The notes beneath the pieces are model-generated. The model was not told where the DNA came from and ran no database searches. It was given only the letters and a program-made list of their open reading frames with translations. From Cyanophora paradoxa CCMP329 (lineage: Eukaryota; Plantae; Glaucophyta), in the NCBI GenBank assembly GCA_004431415.1, contig QPMI01000065.1:1-33435 (forward strand): a DNA stretch of 33,435 nt, written 5' to 3'. Of this stretch, positions 20,265-28,232 are shown piece by piece (position 1 is the stretch's first letter; the number at the start of each line of letters is the position of its first letter). Position numbers and translations under genes: made by a program.

Positions 20265-20318
20265 GGTTCCTGTGAATGGGCCAAAAAATAGATGCAACCC
20301 AGTAAGACGCGGGGAGCG

Positions 20319-21412
20319 ATGCCTGTCCTCGACCCCGCCAGGATCGCCCTGCTGGCGAAGAAGGTGGAGCAGGCGAACACGCAGTACAGCAAGAAGGCCG
20401 CCGAGGAGACGCTGATGAGGTACATCGAGAACCGCAGGGCGCTCACCCCGCCGCGGTACCGCTACCGGTACGCGGCGGCGGCGGGCGCGTGTACGACCAG
20501 TACGAGACGATCGACGGGTTCATGAAGCTCGTGGAGAAGCGGATGGGCACCGGGGCGGCGGGTGCCCAGGGCACGGCAGAGCTCCAGGATCTCACGAGGC
20601 TTCCGGCGGCGGCGTCGGTGGAGGACCGCCTGAAGATGCTCGAAGGGGTGCGGAAGCACAAGATCGAGCTCAAGGAGGCGGGGGCCACCCCGGAGGAGGT
20701 GGGGATACTCGACTACATGTTCCGCGTGCAGAACCCCGGGGCGGTCCTGCCCCCCAACGCGCCGAAGATGCCGGTCCCCGGGACCCTGGGCACGCTGGCC
20801 GGCGCCATGACGATGCTCCTGGGCCTGGGAGGGGGGGGTCAGGCGGCGGTGGCGGGCGCGGCCGCGGTCGGCGACGCGGTGGGCCAGATCATGGGCTCGC
20901 CGCAGTTCTGGAGGTCCGTGAACCAGCTCGTGGGCTCGAATAAGCTCATGCCCGAGGACCTCCACCGGCTGCTCGAGTCGCCCGGCTTCCTCCGCGCCAT
21001 GGAAACGGTCCGGGATGCCCGGCGCGAGGAGACCGAGGGCAAGCGCATCAGCTCCGCGATCGTGCAGCAGGCGCTGTCGATGATGACCACCGAGCCGGCG
21101 TGGGCCCGCAACCGCCGCTGGGCCGGCGCTCGGGGCGCCGCGGGCCCGGGGGACGCGCCGGTCGCGCCGGTCGCGCCGGCGGTCCGGCCGGTCCCGCGGC
21201 CCCTCCGTGATCACGCCGCGACCCTACATGACCGTCTAGCGCCGCCGAAGTTTTTGTTTAGGTACTTTGAGGACCCCGCACTTCCGCCGCCGCGCAAGAA
21301 CCCGCTCTCGTCCGCGAAGAGGCCGGGGTTGATTAGCCACGCAAAACACTACTGGTACAGGAGGCGGGTACCGCTCGCGTTCTGCCGCATGACGTTGAAG
21401 CCGACGGCGTAG
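20319..21412 (+). CDS. Viral hypothetical protein (~350 aa) with a central Gly/Ala hydrophobic segment; one frameshift near 20490
   Basis: MPVLDPARIALLAKKVEQAN... joined to YDQYETIDGFMKLVEKRM...GTLGTLAGAMTMLLGLGGGGQAAVAGAAAVGDAVG. The 3' end overlaps the MCP end and is uncertain. Confidence 0.65.
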
Positions 21413-22559
21413 ACGAGGAGGTCGAGGTCGGCGTCGGTGCCGGGCGACGCGAAGGTGAAGTTCATGAGGATCTGGTCGACGGTGCCGAGGTTGAGCGAGC
21501 CGGTGGGGCGGTGCGTGTCGGCGTCGAGACAGAAGGGCAGGCAGAAGATGTCGCGGTCGGGGACGCGACCGTGGACCTCGCGGGGGGTCACCACCTTGTA
21601 GTAGGTGGGCGGCAGCGGCGGGACGCGCTCGTTGCCGCGGAGGGTCAGCGAGAGCGTCTTGAACCGCTCGGGGATGGCGTTGTAGAGGGTGGCGGGGTCG
21701 GCGTTGTTGTCCGGCGTGGGGTCGTCGTGCTCGTAGTCGAAGAGGCGGCCGTTGGTGGCGCGCTCGAACTCGCGGAAGACGAAGAGGAGCTCCTTGCAGG
21801 GGCCCGTGAGCCTGATCTCGGCCGCGAAGGTCTCGGAGCCCTTGGGGACGCGGAACTCCTGGGTCTGCCAGGTCTCGACGAGGCGCTCGAAGGGGCGGTT
21901 GACCTGGGTCTTCTCGGGCTCGTCGAGGTAGATGAAGTTGCAGAGGAGGTAGGCGTCGGTGATCTGGCCGCTGAGGACGCGGTCGAGGGCGGGGATGGGC
22001 TCCAGGGCGTCGTCCGTCTGCAGCATGACGAGGTGCTTGAGGGGGCGGAAGGTGACGGCGACCTTGATGTCGGGGCTGCCCATCACGGGGTGCGCCGTCT
22101 GCGGCAGGCGCGTCCACGTGGGGAGCGGGACGATGAACCTCTGCGTCTCGTTGGAGACGCGGCGGAGGTAGCCGGGCGTCCAGTCCCAGTCGCCGATGAG
22201 GGGCGCGAGCGGCTTGTTGATCTCGTCGACGGAGAGCGCCGACTGGAGGTCGATGTGCTCGGGGCGGATCTCCTGCACGACCGCGCCGCCGATGGAGATC
22301 ACGACCTTCTCCCACATCGCGAGCCCCAGCTTGTTCGTCCAGTGCCAGTAGTTCACGCCGTCCGAGGGGGTCTGCACGAGGGGGCCGACCTCGAGGACGA
22401 GGTACACGCGGTGGAGGAGGTCGCACTGGCGCGGGACGGTCGTCCAGGCCGTGCCGCCGTACGCGGCGCCCATGGGGAAGGAGACGCGGACGGGCTGCGA
22501 GACGAAGGCGCTGTGGCGCTTGGTGCCGCCCGTCCAGAACGTGATCTCGGGGTTGAACG
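21349..22559 (-). CDS. NCLDV-type double-jelly-roll major capsid protein (divergent), missing roughly the first 15-20 residues
   Basis: Open frame starts upstream of the tracked Met: FNPEITFWTGGTKRHSAF...VPRQCDLLHRVYL...ISIGGAVVQ...YLLCNFIYLDEPEK...PCKELLFVFR...LRGNER...FCLPFCL....RPTGSLNLGTVD...VYAVGFNVMR. This is colinear with the Vp54-family motifs NPQITFF / GDL / IGG / YIYLD / PVKEL / PSGSLNFSRID / YAxNYNVLR. Confidence 0.92.
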
Positions 22560-22563
22560 AGGG

Positions 22564-22752
22564 TTCGTCTTCTCACACCACTCGTGGTACAGGTCGAGCA
22601 GGTCCTCCTTTCGGATATACCACTTCTTGTAAGTGCGGTCGTCCCGTGTAATCGTGGCATCCAGCTCGACCTTCGTAAGGAGCTGTTTCGCATGTCGCAG
22701 ACGGCCCCGGACGGACCTCGACGGGCCGAAAACGGCGCGACCTTTTGGACAT
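22564..22752 (-). pseudogene. 5' remnant of a gene with a winged-helix-like segment (RFX / D5 C-terminal type), abutting the MCP
   Basis: DRTYKKWYIRKEDLLDLYHEWCEKTNP resembles the IxxxxLxxxYxxWC helix pattern. Codons are less GC3-biased than the MCP. The ATG at 22752 needs one frameshift. Confidence 0.45.
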
Positions 22753-22986
22753 CCCGCTAGTTCGCGAGCTTTAACAATGGATGGAATTTGAATTTTGAAC
22801 ACGGCCGTGTCACGGCGGCTATCAGCCGGCTGAGTTCGAGTTCGAGCTGGCTAGACCAAATTCTATATCCCCCCAAGCCATCTCCCCCCCCTTCCAAGCC
22901 ACGGCCAGCTGCAGCTAGATTGCGGCCAGCCACGGACTTGCGCGGGAAAAGCAAAAGCGCTTATAGCTTAGCGTTCGGCGATCGAG

Positions 22987-24790
22987 ATGCCGCTCTCTGT
23001 GCTGTCTGCCAAGGTCGGCTCAGCGTTCGGTTCCATTAGAGCGTGGCTGGGCGGCGCCAGCGATGGCAGGCCGCGGCACGGCCAGATTGGCGGCAGCACC
23101 TGCGGCAGCCAGGACGACCTCGGCGAGGACGTGAATCCAGACGACTTTGGCGACGCAGCTTTGAGCGAGCAAGTCGTTCAGCCTGCGCATGCAGCGCCAG
23201 CTGCGCATGCGACGGCCGCGGTCGCGCTGGCGCCTCCCGCGGCGGAGCCGGCGGGCGGGAGCGACTCCCCACAAGTCTCGCCAGTACGCTCAGAGCTCGA
23301 GCAGAGCCCCGGCAGCGGCTGCTGTGAGACGCCAGGGACGCCTTTGGGGGGGGGTACGCCTGTACAGCCGTGTACGCCGCCTGTCGCAGCTGCCTCATCA
23401 GCGACCCCCGTGTACACGCCTGATCGCCCGCGTCGCAAGCGGGTAGTAGCTGCGCCCTCGCAATCGCAGCCTTCGCATGATCAGCCGGCCACGCCTCCAC
23501 GCACGCAGCCGCCGGCGGCAGCGGCCTCGCCAGCGACCCCGTGGACATGCCTAAGCGCGTGAGTCGCAAGCGGGCAGCGGCGGCGACCTCCCAGCCTTCG
23601 CCCGCGGCGGCACCGAGCGAGCAATATGAGGATCCCTTCGTTGCCATGGAGCGGTATATGGACGATCCCTCTGTCGCGCCGTCGCCTGCCAGCTCAGCCG
23701 CGAAGAAGCCAGCCCCGAAGAAGCCCGCCACGTCCACCAAGCAGCAGTGCAAGCGGCGCAAGTGCGATGTCGAGATGACGGGCGAGGAGGAAGATCGATT
23801 CACCCCCTGGGACAAGCCCGGGCGGCACCGCTTTCGCATCGAGGAGGAGGACGCCGCACTCTATCGGAGGCTCACCGGCTGCAAGCGGGTTTCCGATGCG
23901 GTTCGCATGGCGTCCAAGCTCCTTGAAGCGATCGAGTACCTTCAGCAGCGTGTGCGCGCGCCGTTTCACGCCGCCGTGCGCTTCGCCCGCAGCTTGCCTC
24001 GCTGATTCGGGCCGCAGGATGTCCTAGACAAGGGTCTAACTGGCGCGGAGCTCGCCAATCAACTGAAGGCGAAAGTCGACGTGTTCCTCCGTGCACCGGC
24101 GCAGCGTGAGGAGCTCCAACAGAAGTGCAGCTCCCTGGAGCGGGAGCTCCCTGATCTGCGGTGGGCCAACAGGGAGAAGCAGCGGCAGATCGCTCAACGG
24201 GAGGAGAAGATCGCTCAGCTGGAGAAGGAGATGATGCAGCTCAACGCCAGTCTGGTGAGCCCGCCGGCCGCCGCGCCGCCCGCGCCGCCGGCGCCCGCAA
24301 TGCGCTGCTGACGGCGGTCCCTCCGGCGCCCGCAGAGAGCGACTCGGGTCAAAAACCTCGAAGAGGAGTGCGAGGAGCTGCAGAACCAGAACGCTGCGCT
24401 GCAGACGAAGGTGGATGACTTGGAAAACAAGGTCCGCGATTGCCCACACGCGTGCGTGCGCCCGCTGGCGCGTAACGCGGCGCGGCGCAGGTCTCAAGGA
24501 TGAAGAGGAATTGGGACTTGGAGTTGGAGCGTGAGGCGAAGGTGTGGCGGAAGGAGGAGCGCATGTACATAAAGGAGGTGGAGGAGCTGGAGGCCGTTAT
24601 CGAGTATCTCTACATGAGGGACGTGCTCATGCGGGAACCCCGGGGGCCTAGGTCGCAGGGTGGGTCGCCGCGGTCCAGCAGCTACACGCTGCTGTGCCGC
24701 CGGAGACGTCGCCTTTCGAGGCGCCCGCCATCGGGCGCTAGCCCCGGCCCGCTCGCTTCGTCCTGCATAGCTAGAGCTCTCATCGGATGA
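22987..24790 (+). CDS. Spliced hypothetical protein: disordered Pro/Ser N-terminus, basic NLS-like patches, long C-terminal coiled coil
   Basis: ORFs 22987-23562 and 23541-24005, plus exons EELQQKCSSLERE...IAQLEKEMMQLNASL, NLEEECEELQNQNAALQTKVDDLENK and ELEREAKVWRKEERMY, separated by gt...gcag introns. Confidence 0.65.
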
Positions 24791-24921
24791 GAAAAATTTG
24801 TGTTCCTTTTGCGCATGCGTCGCCCACACGACAGCCGGGCGGGGACGCGGGGCGCGGCTGGGTTGGCTAACTGTGCGTGCATCCGGAGCCTCCGAGCAAG
24901 CCTAGCCTATAAGCTCGGCGA

Positions 24922-25072
24922 CGCTGAGCTAGGTGCGCCCGGCGCGCCTGGTAATCTGCTCGGGAAGGTCGGAACGGCTTGGGCACGGAACCGGGGTCGG
25001 CCGCAAAGGCGGACCGTGCCAGACCCAATCGCGCTGAGCTACGCCGGCGCGCCTGGTAATCTGCTCGGGAAG
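24922..25072 (+). repeat. Direct repeat pair with a 29-bp identical core
   Basis: ccggcgcgcctggtaatctgctcgggaag at 24939-24967 and 25044-25072, each preceded by cgctgagcta. Confidence 0.85.
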
Positions 25073-26223
25073 CTCGGGATGAGTCAAGGCCTCGCACCTG
25101 GGGCTGGCAATCCATGCACTGCGGCAAGCAGCCGCTGCCCCACCGACCTCGTCTCGCAGAAGCGGGTCACGGAGATGAAGGAAGACCGCGTGAAGCGCCG
25201 CGGGCGCTCTCGTGGCATGCCGGGCCGGGCCGGGCGTATGCGTACCCGGTTGGCCAGCGGAGGAAACTCGGCTGACTGAGCGGCTCGCGCTTTCGACAAC
25301 GTGGCACTGTGGCACTGTAGTACACCTGGCGAGGCGCACGCCGCGACAACGATTCGGCGAGGCGCACGCCCTCGCCCGCGAACTTGGAACATACGCACGC
25401 CTGCCCTGGATCGCGGACCGAGCCTCGGAGACTTCCGCCCTCTCCGAGGCTCATGGCTGAAGCTGCGATAGCATGGTGCCGGCTGGCTGAGGCCGCCCGT
25501 GCCGGAGCAGCTGCAGCCGGGGCCAAGTGGCTGGCCGGCGCCTTAAGCGCGCGGCTGCACTGCGAGCGGGGAGCTGGGCTCGCTGTCGGCGGCAATCTTA
25601 TCCGCTCTCAAGGTTTCGCAAGGCTGCGAGCGCGCGGCGACCCCGGTATCGCGTTCGCAATTTTTGATCTGCCAGGGAATCTGCACTCCGAGGCTTGCGA
25701 TTGAAGCACGGCAGCCTCGTATCTTGATTAGAACTTTTTATTCAAGATGTAGAGGCGTCACACGGCGTTATTTAGTGCCCTGCACAAAGCCCCGCGATGG
25801 GCCCATTTAACCCGTCATACCATATGACTCATCATACGCCTATACACTACGTTACAGCTAGTCTTCTGCTGACTTTTGGCCCTTCCAAATTGGGCCCATC
25901 GCCCAGGAGCTGGGAGACATCGAAAAAAGCTTAGAGAACCTTTTTAAAGCACTATATAAGGCCTCCTATGCAGCTGCAGGGTCGGGGGAGGCCTTGTATG
26001 GCGCGAAAATAGGCTCCCGAGGCCCCCGGACTGCCAGAGTGTCCCGGAGGCCCCCGACTGTCCCGCCAGGCGCCCCGCCCTGTCAGCCCGCCCCGCCAGC
26101 CCGCCCGCCACTCTCGGTAGTCACTGAGTGCCACGGTGCCACGGTGCCACGGTGCGCGCACGATAGCAGAATAACTAGTAAATCTGTCGTATTCAAGCCA
26201 GGTGCAGACTGCAGCTGGTGACT

Positions 26224-27320
26224 CTAGCTGCAGACATCGTCCGGCCGCGAGACGAGGACGCCGTCGCCGGCAGGGCGGCGACCGGCGGGGCGGGGGCGGG
26301 GGCCGGCGGGCGGGGCGGGGGCCGGCGGGCGGGGCGGGCGGGCGGGGCGGGGCGGGGCGGGGGCGGGCGGCGGGCGGGGCGGGGCGGGCGGGGCGGGCGG
26401 GGCGGGGCGGGGCGGGCGGGGCGGGGCGGGCGGGGCGGGGCGGGGCGGGGCGGGGCGGGGCCGGCGGGCGGGGGCGGGGCCGGCGGGGCGGGGCGGGGCC
26501 GGCGGGGCGGGGGCGGCTAACGGCGGGGCGGGGCGGCTAACGGCGCTACGCTTCGTCGTCGGCATCGTCCGGCCGCGAGACGAGCACGCCGTCGCCGCGA
26601 CGCAGGCGGCGGCGCTTGCACCGAGCAGCAGCAGCAGCCCGTCCGCCTCCGCCGCCGCCTCCGCCGCCTCCGCCGCCGCCGCCGCCGCCGCCTGCTGCTG
26701 CCGGATGCGCACCCGCTGGAAGTGCTCCGCGCACTTGAAGAGATTGTCGCCGAAATGCTCCATCTGCCCCGCCCGCCGCTGCAAGGCCGTCACGTTGTCA
26801 TAGAGAGGCTTGAAGGCCGCCTCCTCGTAGAGCCCGAGGGGTCCTGCCCGCAGAAGCGCGCCGTGCTGCGGTGCTTGCGGATCTCCGACCGCAGGTTAAT
26901 GGCCTCGAGGAGGTTGTTGTGCGCCAGCGCGACCTCGAACTGCTCGTACAGCTGCTCGTGCTCGCGCATCCACGCGCGCGCGTACTCCAGCAACTGCTGA
27001 GCTCGGCCAGCTTGTATGGCCTCACCGAGTCGCGCTCTATTGCGAGGTTGACCTCCAAAGCTGCCTGGTGGCGCCGCCTGATCTCATCCTCCTCCTCGAG
27101 CGCGCGCTCCTCGTCCGCCTTCATGCGCGCCCTGCGCTCGGCGCGCTGCCGCTGGTCCATCGCTCTCCGAGTCGCTGCTGTTGATCTCGATGACAGACGA
27201 AGTCATTGGGCGATTGCACGGCGCGTTGATGGTCTCCTCCTGGTCCTCCTCCTCGGACACGTAGTCAGCGGGCATATGCTTCGCTCCACAGCTAACATAG
27301 CTACACTGTCGATGCGACAT
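26224..27320 (-). CDS. Hypothetical helical protein (acidic patch, coiled coil, poly-Ala, Pro-rich tail); frameshifted
   Basis: Stitched: DYVSEEEDQEE; RMKADEERALEEEDEIRRRH; LLEYARAWMREHEQLYEQFEVALAHNNLLEAINL; FKPLYDNVTALQRRAGQMEHFGDNLFKCAEHF. Divergent from the transposase gene. Confidence 0.55.
26283..26540 (+). repeat. (GGGGC/GGGC)n G-rich tract bracketed by 35-bp direct repeats
   Basis: About 250 bp of almost pure G/C; catcgtccggccgcgagacgag(g/c)acgccgtcgccg at 26235-26269 and 26563-26597. Confidence 0.85.
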
Positions 27321-28232
27321 AGCTAACGCTTGAGGCTGCTTCAGGCCCACCAGCTGCAGGGCGTTCAGCTGGAGTTGGACGTTCAGCAGTTTGCGTACCC
27401 AGTCTGGGCATGCTCCCCTTGCTTAGCGCGTCATACCCATATCGACGAGCGAGCATCGCGGCCGGCAAGGACCGCGCGGGTGGACCAGCCGCTTCGCCTA
27501 AGGTAGCTATGCATCGCAATTGCGCATTATCGCGCATGCTGGCTCGCCTGCTGCTCTTCGGCGCCTAACTGTCGCGGATGTGTATGCTTGCTCGCGGCGC
27601 TCGGAGCTGCCGCTTCCGCAGATGGCAGGGGAGGTACACGCGATCTTTTTTTCCGAGTTTTGAACCCGCCGCGCGATGCAGCGACCCATCGCGCCCCGTC
27701 CCGCGGCCCAGCCCGCGCCCCAAACGTTTCCAGCGCCCGCAGCAGTCGTTTTAGAGATGGCGGACGCGTCGGTCGCGTACCAGGCGCTTATGCGGATCAT
27801 CGCAGTGCTCACCACAGCCGAAACGCCCACCTGGAACTGGAGGCGCGCGGCATTGCGTCTCCATTGTATCCGCATAGCTTAGCTTGCACGGCGGCGCTTC
27901 AAGAGGCCACCGCAGTGGCTGTGTTCCTCCAGTGCATCCTGCAGAGCCCTCCAGCTTCGCCACCCGGGTCGCCATCGGCTCCAGCGAGCCCGCAATCGCC
28001 TCAGATTAGCCCAGAGCAGCAGCAGCAGCGCGGTCGTCGCGCGTTCGGCGCCGACGTGGTATGCCGCTCATTCAAATTCGATGTCATGACTTGACTTGCC
28101 CGCGCTTACGAGTGTATGCTCTCTGCCCGGCCGCGAGCAGACGAATGCAGTTCTTAATGAGGCGCCGAGCCCGGCGCCGCGGCCGGCCCCGGCCCCGGCA
28201 CCGCCCCGAAACGCGCTCGCGGCAAGGAAGAT

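Larger units (their letters stand above)
17413..22559. mobile_element. Endogenous giant-virus (Nucleocytoviricota) fragment, ~5.15 kb, six intronless ORFs
   Basis: NCLDV-type MCP; dense intronless ORFs with short intergenic gaps and a shared upstream motif, unlike the spliced flanking genes. Boundaries inferred from composition and the MCP truncation. Confidence 0.8.

Noticed and set aside
17413-22559. Polinton/PLV/virophage
   Set aside because: The capsid motifs are of the NCLDV Vp54 type; no pPolB, integrase, packaging ATPase, penton or TIRs were seen.
21511-22632. 373 aa plus-strand ORF
   Set aside because: Antisense shadow of the high-GC3 MCP.
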